From: Candidatus Magasanikiibacteriota bacterium
GTDB taxonomy: Bacteria > Patescibacteriota > Patescibacteriia > Magasanikbacterales > GWA2-37-8
NCBI GenBank assembly: GCA_041665405.1
Contig: JBAYIZ010000004.1
Location: forward strand, 3,958-67,957
Length of the DNA: 64,000 nucleotides
Direction: 5' to 3'
Shown: in pieces, positions 55,997-64,000 of the stretch
Position numbering within the stretch: position 1 is the first letter of the stretch
Layout: the number at the start of each line of letters is the position of its first letter
The notes under the pieces: generated by a model
What the model saw: the letters and a program-made list of their open reading frames with translations, nothing else
Told to the model about the DNA's origin: nothing
Database searches by the model: none
Position numbers and translations under genes: made by a program

Positions 55997-56408
55997 TTTT
56001 TCTTTTATTTTCTCCTAGGTGTTCAATGGTAATAGTGAAAGTTTTTTTGTTTTTAAGTAACCCAGATAATTTTTCTGGCCATTCAATCACACAGAGCGAT
56101 TCTGGTTCACACAGATAATCCTCGATGCCGATATCTTTTAGTTCATGTTCATCTTTTAAACGGTAGGTATCGATATGAACCAAATTTTTAACCGAATGAT
56201 TTTTGGTAGGGTAATGATTCATTAAAGTAAAAGTAGGGCTAGAAACTTCAACCTTGACACCGAGACCATCGGCTAAACCTTTCATGAGTGTAGTTTTTCC
56301 CGTGCCCAATTCTCCATTTAGAAGTAAAATATCGCCACCTCTAAATTGTCCGGCTAATTCCTTTCCAAATTCATACGTTTCTTCCTGAGAGTTTGTAATT
56401 ATTTCCAT
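55983..56408 (-). CDS. tsaE: tRNA threonylcarbamoyladenosine biosynthesis protein TsaE
   Basis: 141 aa. It has the P-loop GELGTGKTTLMKG and SSPTFTLMNHY. Confidence 0.75.
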   Translation of the reverse strand: MEIITNSQEETYEFGKELAGQFRGGDILLLNGELGTGKTTLMKGLADGLGVKVEVSSPTFTLMNHYPTKNHSVKNLVHIDTYRLKDEHELKDIGIEDYLCEPESLCVIEWPEKLSGLLKNKKTFTITIEHLGENKRKIMMI

Positions 56409-56571
56409 ATGACCGATTTTTAATATATTACACCCCTCATTTAATCATTGAATTATACGTGATTCGATTTTGTGAGTCAACGGATTTTTTCCACAGTTGT
56501 TAATAGAGTATTTTGAATTTGCCAATCTTTGGATTTTTTTGTATAATACAGCCATAATTTTAACCACAATT

Positions 56572-56877
56572 ATGTCACTATCTATTGAAGAGGTTCGGAA
56601 AATTGCCAAATTAGCCCGTATCAAACTAACACCGGCTGAAGAAAAACGTCATGCCGATACTATTTCTACAGTATTGAATTTTGTTAATACTTTAAATGAG
56701 GTGGATACGCAGGGAGTTGAACCGACCGCTCAGGTGACGGGGTTAGAAGATGTAACGCGTGAAGACGTAACAAAAATTTGTCCATATAAAAAAGAACTAC
56801 TTGCACAAATGCCGTTGATTAGTGCAAACTTATTAAAAGTGCCGGCAGTATTTGGTGATAGTGAAGATGTGATTTAA
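56572..56877 (+). CDS. gatC: Asp/Glu-tRNA amidotransferase subunit C
   Basis: It starts at the internal Met: MSLSIEEVRKIAKLARIKLTPAEEKRHADTISTVLNFVNTL. It is directly followed by gatA. Confidence 0.75.
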   Translation: MSLSIEEVRKIAKLARIKLTPAEEKRHADTISTVLNFVNTLNEVDTQGVEPTAQVTGLEDVTREDVTKICPYKKELLAQMPLISANLLKVPAVFGDSEDVI

Positions 56878-56881
56878 ACTT

Positions 56882-58306
56882 ATGAAATTAAACGAACTTA
56901 CAATCTCAGAGGCTCAGGCTGGTTTACGCAGTAAAAAATTTACTGCGGTAGAATTAACTCAGGCTTGTTTGAATAGAATAAAAGAAAGAAATAAAGAGCT
57001 GAATGCTTTTATTACTGTCTGCGAAGAGTTAGCCTTAATGGAAGCGGCAATAGCTGACAAAAGGCTTGTACAGGGCAAGGCGTTACCACTAACTGGCATT
57101 CCGTTTGCAGTGAAAGATGCAATTTGTACAGCTGGAGTTCGTTCAACAGGTGCGGCCAAAATTTTGGATAATTATGTTCCGCCGTTCAATGCGACTGTAA
57201 TAGAAAAAATTCGCACTCAGGGTGGAATCTTATTAGGCAAAAATAATTGTGATGCTTTTGGACATGGTGCTAGTAACGAAAATAGCATGTATGGGCCGGT
57301 AAAAAATCCGCGTGATTTGAAAAAAGTGGCAGGTGGATCTTCGGGTGGTTCAGCGGCGGCGGTGGCGGACAATATGTGTTTGTTTGCGATTGCCGAAGAT
57401 ACCGGTGGTTCTATTCGTCAGCCGGCTAGTTTTTGTGGAGTGGTTGGTATGCGTCCAAGCTATGGTCGCAATTCACGTTTTGGTATTATGCCAATGGCTT
57501 CATCTTTTGATACAGTAGGGCCTATCACCAAGACTGTTGCTGATATGGCTATAGTAATGCAAGTAATTGCTGGTAAAGATTCGCTAGATGCTACCACTGT
57601 GTCGGAAGTTGTACCAGATTATAATGTTGAAATAAAAAAAGATTTAGAAGGTTTGCGTGTGGGTGTACCAAAAGAATATTTTGAGGTAGATGGCATGGAC
57701 AAAGAAGTTCGAAAAATTATTGAAAATCAAATAAAAAATTTGGAAAAACAGGGGGCAGAAATTATAAACGTTAGTTTGCCACTGACCAAATATGCTATTG
57801 CAGTTTATTATGTTTTGGTACCGAGTGAGGTAAGTTCGAATCTAGGTCGTTTGGACGGTGTGCGCTATGGTGTGCGTGCAGAAGGCAAAGATCTATTGGA
57901 TCTATATTCAAATAGTCGTGCCCAAGGTTTTCCTGAAGAAGTAAAACGTCGTATTTTGATTGGTACCTATGCTTTGTCGGCTGGCTATTATGATGCGTAT
58001 TATAAAAAAGCTCAGCAAGTACGTACATTGATTCGTCTTGATTTTGATCGAGTTTTTAGTGACGTGGATGTGTTGATAACACCGACGTCACCATTTCCAT
58101 CATTTGGTTTAGGTGAAAAATCTTCAGATCCGATTCAATTGTATTTGGCAGATATTTTGGTAAGTCCGGCGGCTAGTGCTGGTATACCGGCGATTTCAGT
58201 CCCAGCTGGAGAAACAAAATCTGGTTTACCAGTAGGCCTGCAAATTATGGGGTCACGTTTAAATGAGGGTTTAATTATGCGCGTTGCTAATTATATAAAA
58301 AGATAA
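56882..58306 (+). CDS. gatA: Glu-tRNA(Gln)/Asp-tRNA(Asn) amidotransferase subunit A
   Basis: 474 aa. It has the amidase signature GGSSGGSAAAVA, with the catalytic Ser-cisSer-Lys context. Confidence 0.85.
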   Translation: MKLNELTISEAQAGLRSKKFTAVELTQACLNRIKERNKELNAFITVCEELALMEAAIADKRLVQGKALPLTGIPFAVKDAICTAGVRSTGAAKILDNYVPPFNATVIEKIRTQGGILLGKNNCDAFGHGASNENSMYGPVKNPRDLKKVAGGSSGGSAAAVADNMCLFAIAEDTGGSIRQPASFCGVVGMRPSYGRNSRFGIMPMASSFDTVGPITKTVADMAIVMQVIAGKDSLDATTVSEVVPDYNVEIKKDLEGLRVGVPKEYFEVDGMDKEVRKIIENQIKNLEKQGAEIINVSLPLTKYAIAVYYVLVPSEVSSNLGRLDGVRYGVRAEGKDLLDLYSNSRAQGFPEEVKRRILIGTYALSAGYYDAYYKKAQQVRTLIRLDFDRVFSDVDVLITPTSPFPSFGLGEKSSDPIQLYLADILVSPAASAGIPAISVPAGETKSGLPVGLQIMGSRLNEGLIMRVANYIKR

Positions 58307-58316
58307 ATTTTATTTT

Positions 58317-59693
58317 ATGCCCAAAAAATTACCAGAAATAAATTTGCCACAAGTTTCAGAATCGGCTAATGCTCCAACTGTCAGAACTCTACCTCCTCAA
58401 AATTTTACTACCACTGGTGAGGCGGTAAATTTTAGAGACAGCTGGAGAATTTTTAGAATTATCAGTGAGTTTATTGACGGTTATCAATTTTTAAATAAAT
58501 TTAAAAAAGAGGTAACTATTTTGGGCTCTGCTCGCTTACCAAAAAATGGACATTATTATAAAGTTGCTGAGGAATTGGGTTGGTTACTTGGTAAAAATGG
58601 TTTTACTACTATTACCGGTGGCGGCCCAGGTATAATGGAAGCCGCCAACAAAGGTGCGTTTGAAGCAGGTGGTACTACAGTGGGTATCAATATCCAACTA
58701 CCATTTGAACAGCGCATGAATCCGTATGTCAAAGAGTCAGTTGGTTTTTTCTATTTTTTCACTCGTAAAGTAATGTTGACTTCGCCAGCGGATGCTTTTG
58801 TGTTTTTCCCTGGTGGCTTTGGTACAATGGATGAATTTTTTGAAGTGGTAGATTTTATGGAACTTGGCTTCATGCAAAAAGTGCCAATTATTTTAGTTGG
58901 CAAAGAATTTTGGGAACCGTTGCTAAAATTTTTACGTCAAAGTTCTAGTGGTATCGCTCATTCTATTCCAGAGGATATTATTGATGGTTGGCACGTGGTG
59001 GATACCGCGCAAGAAGCTTTTGAATATATAAAAAATGTAGAAGATTTCCCAAATGAATGCTCAGTTTCAGATAATAACGTCTATTGTCAAGGCGGTCCAG
59101 ATTGGCGCGTGTTTCGTATAATGGCTGAATTGGTAGATGGGTTTGAATTTTTAACAACATTAAAAAATGACGTTACTGTTTTTGGAACAAAAAGTATTTT
59201 GCCAGGTTCTTCATATTATAACGTGGCCTATGAAGTTGGAAAATTGTTAGCTCAAAACGGTTTTACTACTATTACCGGTGGTGGCCCAGGAATTATGGAG
59301 GCCGCCAATAAGGGAGCGTTTGAAGCTAATGGTGAAAGTATTGGTATTAATATGCGCTGGGAAAAAGGGGAGCGTGTAAATAACTATATTACCAAATCTG
59401 CTGGATTTTTCTTTCCATTTGTGCGTAAGTTGATTATCACATCTCCATCCAAAGCTTTTGTATTTTTTCCAGGTGGATTTGGCACTTTACACCAGTTGTT
59501 TGAATTATTGACTTTACAAGAAACAAAAAAAATTGCACCTGTACCAATTATTTTGGTGGGTAGTGATTTCTGGAAACCATTATTGGAATATTTCCATATT
59601 TTGTATCATGATTTCAAGACAATTGGTTTGACTGATCAAGATTTGGTAAAGGTAGTAGATCGCGCGGATGATGTTATTAAATATATCAAATAA
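58317..59693 (+). CDS. Tandem-duplicated LOG/TIGR00730-family (Rossmann-fold nucleotide-binding) protein
   Basis: 458 aa. Two homologous halves each carry GGGPGIMEAANKGAFEA and PGGFGT(M/L) motifs. Confidence 0.65.
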   Translation: MPKKLPEINLPQVSESANAPTVRTLPPQNFTTTGEAVNFRDSWRIFRIISEFIDGYQFLNKFKKEVTILGSARLPKNGHYYKVAEELGWLLGKNGFTTITGGGPGIMEAANKGAFEAGGTTVGINIQLPFEQRMNPYVKESVGFFYFFTRKVMLTSPADAFVFFPGGFGTMDEFFEVVDFMELGFMQKVPIILVGKEFWEPLLKFLRQSSSGIAHSIPEDIIDGWHVVDTAQEAFEYIKNVEDFPNECSVSDNNVYCQGGPDWRVFRIMAELVDGFEFLTTLKNDVTVFGTKSILPGSSYYNVAYEVGKLLAQNGFTTITGGGPGIMEAANKGAFEANGESIGINMRWEKGERVNNYITKSAGFFFPFVRKLIITSPSKAFVFFPGGFGTLHQLFELLTLQETKKIAPVPIILVGSDFWKPLLEYFHILYHDFKTIGLTDQDLVKVVDRADDVIKYIK

Positions 59694-59694
59694 A

Positions 59695-60489
59695 ATGATT
59701 CCTTATTTTCAGGCCAACGCCATAGCATTCGGTCCACTCACTATCCAGGTGTGGGGGTTGTTTGTGTCACTGGGAATTTTATCTGGTTTGATTTTGGCTT
59801 ATAAACTTTCGCGCAAATATTTTTTGGCGGAGCAGGTTGTTTTGGATTTGGGAGTGTGGAGCATTGTGGGCGGTTTGATTATGGCTAGAATATTTCATGT
59901 CGTATTCTATGCACCAGAATATTATTTATTGCACCCGTCTGAGATAATTTATTTTTGGCAAGGTGGAGCATCTTCGCTAGGTGGGTTTGTGGGAGCGGCT
60001 TTTGCAATTTATATTTTTGCAAAATATAAAAAGTTTACACTAAAAGAACTATGGCCTTATTTTGATGTTATGTCTTTGAGTTTGTGGTTGGGGTGGGCGA
60101 TTGGGAGGATTGGTTGTTTTATTATTCATGATCATCCGGGGATGTTATCCAATTCTTTTTTGGCTGTAAATTTTCCCAGTGGTGCGCGTTTTGATTTGGG
60201 TTTGTTTGATTCATTATTAGGTTGGTTTATTTTTATTGTGTTTGCGCTATTGTTTAAAAAATTAGTAAAAGCGCGTTGGGGATTAGTGGTTCAATTGTCT
60301 TTTATGGTTTACGCTTTTGTGCGTTTTTGGTTGGATTTTTTGCGTGCTACGGATGTGACACAAGCGGATGTGAGATATCTGATGTTGACCCCAGCTCAAT
60401 GGGGAATGCTGGCGATATTTATCGGATTGACTTTTTGGTTGGTTTTTGATAGTATTCAACGACGAAAAAATCTCGGAGAGGTCGCATAG
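59695..60489 (+). CDS. lgt: Prolipoprotein diacylglyceryl transferase
   Basis: Polytopic. The Lgt signature GRIGCFIIHDHPG (GRxGNFxNxE-like) is present. The start is more likely the ATG at 59695 than 59668. Confidence 0.75.
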   Translation: MIPYFQANAIAFGPLTIQVWGLFVSLGILSGLILAYKLSRKYFLAEQVVLDLGVWSIVGGLIMARIFHVVFYAPEYYLLHPSEIIYFWQGGASSLGGFVGAAFAIYIFAKYKKFTLKELWPYFDVMSLSLWLGWAIGRIGCFIIHDHPGMLSNSFLAVNFPSGARFDLGLFDSLLGWFIFIVFALLFKKLVKARWGLVVQLSFMVYAFVRFWLDFLRATDVTQADVRYLMLTPAQWGMLAIFIGLTFWLVFDSIQRRKNLGEVA

Positions 60490-60559
60490 TGGCCGAGTGC
60501 GCCGCCTTGGAAAGGCGGTATACCGCAAGGTATCGAGGGTTCGACTCCCTCTCTCTCCG
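60475..60559 (+). tRNA. tRNA-Ser (anticodon GGA), class II with long variable arm
   Basis: Acceptor GGAGAGG/TCTCTCC, anticodon stem CCGCC/GGCGG with loop TTGGAAA, variable hairpin TACC-GCAA-GGTA, and T-arm GAGGG-TTCGACT-CCCTC. Its 5' end overlaps the lgt stop region. Confidence 0.75.
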
Positions 60560-60596
60560 CTGGGTCACGCTTATATGAGCGACTTGCTCATATTCC

Positions 60597-60629
60597 AAAA
60601 ACATCTCGATTATGTCGGGATGTTTTTTT
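60597..60629 (+). terminator. Rho-independent terminator (AACATC ... GATGTT plus T7) after tRNA-Ser. A perfect hairpin ATATGAGC-GACTT-GCTCATAT (60573-60593) precedes it.
   Basis: Stem-loop plus T-run. Confidence 0.55.
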
Positions 60630-60705
60630 ATTGACAAATATATTTATTTATCATAGGCTTTCAACAATGAGACTTCGCGGATCTTCCGCAAGGAAGGAGG
60701 CACTC

Positions 60706-61041
60706 ATGTGTTCATTGCGTGGACCGTACCATGAGACCGTCGTCAACGGGCTCAACGAAGCACTCTCCAGCTTCCTGGCAAGCCCAAATGTCGCCTTTCT
60801 TCGGGACATGGAGACACTCCTCAAGCACGTCGACAACACGACGTGCTTGCCGGAGCACCTGCCCGGGGTGCTGCGGGCACTCGAAGCTCTGCGGATCCAG
60901 GTGATAGGGAACGAGCTACCGGTGTCCATCAGCTTCCGGATCCAGACCTCAGTCAATCTCTTGCTTGAATACCAAAGCGAGATGGTCGAGGAGGGCGAAC
61001 TGGAGCCGACGAAGGTGTGGACTCCTCATCACACCCTGTAG
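60706..61041 (+). CDS. GC-rich (~60%) hypothetical protein, putatively foreign
   Basis: 111 aa from the ATG at 60706, preceded by the SD AAGGAAGGAGG. TTGACA lies at ~60631. It is followed by a long imperfect hairpin plus T-run (61151-61225). The composition stands out sharply from the flanks. Confidence 0.45.
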   Translation: MCSLRGPYHETVVNGLNEALSSFLASPNVAFLRDMETLLKHVDNTTCLPEHLPGVLRALEALRIQVIGNELPVSISFRIQTSVNLLLEYQSEMVEEGELEPTKVWTPHHTL

Positions 61042-61288
61042 ACCCTCCACAAATCACCCTGCCTTCGTCTATGGCCGGGTTGAGAGGTGTATAACAACAC
61101 CCCTCCGTCTCTATGAGACGTGAACTGCAGAAATGCGATGAGCAGGGAAGTCAGACACATTGGACCACCTACACTCATCCAAAATTAGAAATAGTATTCT
61201 TATTTTGGATGATAGGTGGTCTTTTGTTTTATTAAAAAATATAATTGACTGCAAGACCAAAAAAGCATACAATTAAGACTGAAAAAAT

Positions 61289-61789
61289 ATGAGTTATTTT
61301 ATTATTATTCGCGGACCATTGGGAGTAGGAAAATCTGCCATCTCCAAAAAGTTGGCTGAGATTTTACATGCCGAATATATTTCAATTGATAAAATTTTGG
61401 AACAGTATCAGCTAGATCCAGCTGATCCAAATCAAGAAAGTATTCCACTTTCTAGTTATATCAAAGCTCAAGAAATAGTACTACCGATAGCGCAAGGAGC
61501 TTTGGAACGCGAGCAGATTGTTATCTTTGATTCTTGTTTTTATTTTAAAGAAGAAATCGAACAGTTGATTCAGACGTTGCCGTATGATCATTATGTTTTT
61601 ACATTAAAAGCTCCACTGGATGTTTGTATCGATCGCGATAGTAAGCGGGATAAAGTGTATGGCAAAGAAGCGGCTGAAGCCGTACATAATATGGTGTCTC
61701 GGTTTGATTATGGGAATGTTATTGATGTAAATAGAAATATTGATTTTGTCGTCGAGGAAATTTTGTCTATTATACCTAAAAAAATATGA
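61289..61789 (+). CDS. P-loop NTPase / small kinase-like protein
   Basis: 166 aa. Walker A IIIRGPLGVGKSAISK is present. It is in the size range of AAA_33 / nucleotide kinases. Confidence 0.5.
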   Translation: MSYFIIIRGPLGVGKSAISKKLAEILHAEYISIDKILEQYQLDPADPNQESIPLSSYIKAQEIVLPIAQGALEREQIVIFDSCFYFKEEIEQLIQTLPYDHYVFTLKAPLDVCIDRDSKRDKVYGKEAAEAVHNMVSRFDYGNVIDVNRNIDFVVEEILSIIPKKI

Positions 61790-62715
61790 AACCAATTTTG
61801 GTAACGTGCTATGTAGATCCTGATTTAGATGGGACAGCCGGTGTTGTCGCATATTCTGAATATTTAAATAAAACTGGTGTGGGAGCATTGGCGGGTGTTA
61901 TTGGTATTCCACATGATGAAGCAAAGTATGTTTTGGATAGGTTTAATATTAAATATCCAAATTCAATTTTTGGTGGGGATGATTTTGATAAAATTATTTT
62001 GGTGGACTGTAGCGATTTAAACGGGTTGAATGGAAAAGTTGAGCCAGAAAAAGTGGTTGAAATAATTGATCATCGAAAGATTCACGAAGCTCATAAATTT
62101 CCGAATGCAAAGGCGCAAATTGAGTTGGTCGGAGCGGCGGCTACTTTGGTGGCGGAAAAATTTATGCAAGATAATGTTGAAATTTCTAAGGAATCTGCAA
62201 TTTTGTTGTTGTCAGCAATTATCTCAAGCACTTCTAATTTTAAAGGCAGTGTGTCGACTGATCGGGATCAAAAAGCCGCAGTATGGTTAAATAAAATTGC
62301 AGATTTAGATCCAGGTTATTGGAGAGATTTATTTTTAGCAAAATCAGATTTGGATGGTAAAAAATTATTCGAAAGGATTGAAGGTGATCTGGCTTGGTTT
62401 GATATTGGAGATAAAAAAATTGGAATAGCACAAATTGAGATGATTGGAGCACAAGATCTAATTGATAAGAGGGTGGTAGAAATTGTTAATATATTGCAAT
62501 ATATTAAGAATAATAAGAAGTTTGATTATATATTTTTAAACGCTGTTGAATTGGAGCAAGTTTACAATATATTTGTTACGGGAGATATAGATTCGAAAAC
62601 TTTGCTAGAAAAAGTGTTAGGTATTGAATTTGTCGGAAATGCTGCAAAACGATCAAATTTAATTATGCGTAAACAATTAGTACCTTTATTAAAAGAGGAA
62701 TTAGAAGAAAATTAA
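61786..62715 (+). CDS. DHH-family phosphoesterase (NrnA/PpaC-like)
   Basis: 309 aa. It reads ILVTCYVDPDLDGTAGVVAYSEYL (DHH motifs I/II-like), ILVDCSD and IIDHRK. Confidence 0.45.
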   Translation: MKPILVTCYVDPDLDGTAGVVAYSEYLNKTGVGALAGVIGIPHDEAKYVLDRFNIKYPNSIFGGDDFDKIILVDCSDLNGLNGKVEPEKVVEIIDHRKIHEAHKFPNAKAQIELVGAAATLVAEKFMQDNVEISKESAILLLSAIISSTSNFKGSVSTDRDQKAAVWLNKIADLDPGYWRDLFLAKSDLDGKKLFERIEGDLAWFDIGDKKIGIAQIEMIGAQDLIDKRVVEIVNILQYIKNNKKFDYIFLNAVELEQVYNIFVTGDIDSKTLLEKVLGIEFVGNAAKRSNLIMRKQLVPLLKEELEEN

Positions 62716-62716
62716 T

Positions 62717-63256
62717 ATGAGCATTAAAGTAACATATTTTGTTCATGGAACAACTATCGATAATGAAAAAGGTTTGGCAACTGGTTGGGAGCAAGGCAAA
62801 CTATCTGAATTAGGAATTGAACAATCCAATAAACTGCCGAGTTTATTAAAAGAAAATAAATTTGACGCTGTTTTTTGTTCGGATTTGAAAAGGGCAATAG
62901 ATTCAGCGGAATTGGCTTTTGGGAATAAATACCAAATTATACAAGATGAACGTTTACGAGAAGTGAATTATGGTGATTTAACATTAGGAAAAGAATTTAA
63001 AGATGAATTAAAAAAGTATATTGATCAACCATTTCCTAGTGGAGAAAGTTACAAAGACGTTGAGAATAGAATGAGAGAGTTTGTTAATTTTTTAAAGGAA
63101 AATAATGATGGTGGGCATATAGCTATTGTAGCTCATCAAGCACCACAGTTGGCTTTGGACGTAATATTGGGTGACAAAACATGGCAACAAGCGATTGATG
63201 AAGATTGGAGAAAAATAAAAGCGTGGCAACCAGGGTGGAATTATATTATAAAATAA
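62717..63256 (+). CDS. Histidine phosphatase superfamily (phosphoglycerate-mutase-like) protein
   Basis: 179 aa. It has the N-terminal YFVHGTTIDNE (RHG-like motif) and a later AHQAP. Confidence 0.45.
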   Translation: MSIKVTYFVHGTTIDNEKGLATGWEQGKLSELGIEQSNKLPSLLKENKFDAVFCSDLKRAIDSAELAFGNKYQIIQDERLREVNYGDLTLGKEFKDELKKYIDQPFPSGESYKDVENRMREFVNFLKENNDGGHIAIVAHQAPQLALDVILGDKTWQQAIDEDWRKIKAWQPGWNYIIK

Positions 63257-63276
63257 TTTTTCAATATCTAGTAGTA

Positions 63277-63308
63277 AAAATGACCCTATACAGCAGGGTC
63301 ATTTTGTT
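63277..63308 (+). terminator. Rho-independent terminator (TGACCCT-ATACAGC-AGGGTCA plus TTTTGTT)
   Basis: Stem-loop plus T-run after the histidine-phosphatase gene. Confidence 0.55.
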
Positions 63309-63345
63309 ATATTATATATAGGTATTTTTTAATTTATTAAAATAT

Positions 63346-63564
63346 ATGGAGGAGACAAAAATAGCTTTGTTTAAGGGCAAACAAGTTAGGAAGACGTTAT
63401 TTGAGAAGGAATGGTGGTTTTCGATTGTGGATGTTGTTGGTGTTTTAACAGACAGCTTAGACGCTAATGATTATTGGTATAAGATGAAAATTCGTGTAGA
63501 GAATGAAGAAAAAATTGAACTATCGACAATTTGTCGACAGTTGAAATTGATGTCCTCTTATTAA
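63346..63564 (+). CDS. Short protein (72 aa) with DinD/Bro-N-like motif, paralog of 27985..28209
   Basis: IALFKGKQVRKTLFEKEWWFSIVDVVGVLTDS is about 60% identical to the other copy over the N-terminal 45 aa. Confidence 0.5.
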   Translation: MEETKIALFKGKQVRKTLFEKEWWFSIVDVVGVLTDSLDANDYWYKMKIRVENEEKIELSTICRQLKLMSSY

Positions 63565-63582
63565 AGGAAAGAAAAAATTGAA

Positions 63583-64000
63583 ATGAAATCACAAACTCCC
63601 GCACAAATCTTGAAAACGAAATTTGGTTATGAATCGTTTCGATTTAATCAAGAAGAAATTATAAATACTATTTTGCAGAAACGCGATGCGTTTGTGCTGA
63701 TGCCTACCGGTGGTGGCAAATCTTTGTGTTATCAAATTCCGGCGCTTATTTTTGCTGGATTGACGGTAGTTATTTCGCCCCTGATCGCTCTTATGAAAGA
63801 CCAAGTCGATGCTTTGCGTCTCAATGGTATTTCGGCAGAGTATATCAACTCATCTTTGGATGGGGATGAGATTGCAGAGATTTATCGACGTCTAAAGAAA
63901 AATGAAATAAAATTATTATATGTTTCGCCAGAACGTTTGTTGGGCAACAGCCAACAGTTTTTGGTATTTTTGAGAAGTTTGGATATTTCTTTATTTGCTA
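63583..64000 (+). CDS. recQ: ATP-dependent DNA helicase RecQ (5' partial, runs off the window)
   Basis: It reads ILKTKFGYESFRFNQEEIINTIL, LMPTGGGKSLCYQIPAL (helicase motif I) and VVISPLIALMKDQVDAL. There is no stop before the window end. Confidence 0.8.
   Translation, partial: MKSQTPAQILKTKFGYESFRFNQEEIINTILQKRDAFVLMPTGGGKSLCYQIPALIFAGLTVVISPLIALMKDQVDALRLNGISAEYINSSLDGDEIAEIYRRLKKNEIKLLYVSPERLLGNSQQFLVFLRSLDISLFA

Noticed and set aside
1-64000. Integrase, transposase or IS elements that could explain the cassette array
   Set aside because: I found no tyrosine or serine recombinase, DDE transposase, IS200/605 TnpA/TnpB or IntI-like protein among the translated ORFs in this window. The mobilising enzyme, if any, must lie elsewhere.

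Overview
The window reads as a small-gene, AT-rich (~35-40% GC) genome with a Patescibacteria/CPR-like flavour. That lineage call is my inference from composition and gene content, not from a search.

Backbone. A minus-strand block at 0.4-16.8 kb carries cell-wall and housekeeping genes: mraY, murF, a PBP2/FtsI-like gene, gpsA, rlmN, a P-type ATPase, an aminotransferase, a transketolase-like gene, an LtaS/sulfatase-family gene, hpf and murB. The right-hand end of the window (52-64 kb) carries a PLD/cardiolipin-synthase-like gene, rarA, queH, tsaE, gatC, gatA, a tandem-LOG gene, lgt, tRNA-Ser and the start of recQ.

Main candidate. The interval between tRNA-Glu(CUC) (~19.41 kb) and tRNA-Asn(GUU) (~28.51 kb) looks like a modular accessory island. 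It holds six gene cassettes in the same orientation:
- a GNAT/NUDIX pair;
- a DinJ/RelE-type toxin-antitoxin pair;
- an Asp-rich isoprenoid-synthase-like gene (broken by an in-frame TAA) coupled to a UbiA-family prenyltransferase;
- a hypothetical protein;
- a peptidase T gene (M20B);
- an MFS transporter;
- a small unknown ORF.

Several of these ORFs are ~60-68% GC, while the promoters, ribosome-binding sites and terminators between them are AT-rich. Six times, a gene 3' end is followed by a nearly invariant 29-nt element, AGTTTGCCTACCGTCTCGGTAGGGTCTAC. It contains a 7-bp inverted repeat (CCTACCG-TCT-CGGTAGG) and is always followed within 5-20 nt by a different rho-independent terminator. In three cases a terminator-like hairpin also precedes it. 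Most cassettes carry a promoter with a TTGACA-like -35 box and a 17-bp spacer, and four (TA, IPPS-like, MFS, small ORF) also carry a Shine-Dalgarno-linked start. I found no integrase, transposase or Cas gene in the window.

This looks like an integron- or pdif-module-like cassette-accretion system, or a REP-like element family, and is my main candidate for a novel system.

Both flanking tRNAs, and tRNA-Ser at 60.5 kb, are followed by direct duplications of their 3' ends or by another GC-rich foreign ORF. That is consistent with tRNA-targeted integration.

Other notable content:
- a 17-kb cluster of large secreted/surface proteins at 34.5-51.2 kb (a Cys-rich protein with thrombospondin-type-1-like repeats, two paralogous PQQ-like beta-propeller proteins, an SLT-like transglycosylase-domain protein and a 1964-aa adhesin-like giant);
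- a DinD-like gene and two short paralogous proteins with a DinD/Bro-N-like N-terminal motif (FKGKxxRKxxxxxEWWF);
- a DUF3494 ice-binding-like protein with a peptidoglycan-binding domain;
- an ATP-grasp / NlpC-P60 / methyltransferase trio.

All calls come from reading motifs directly in the sequence. No database search was run.
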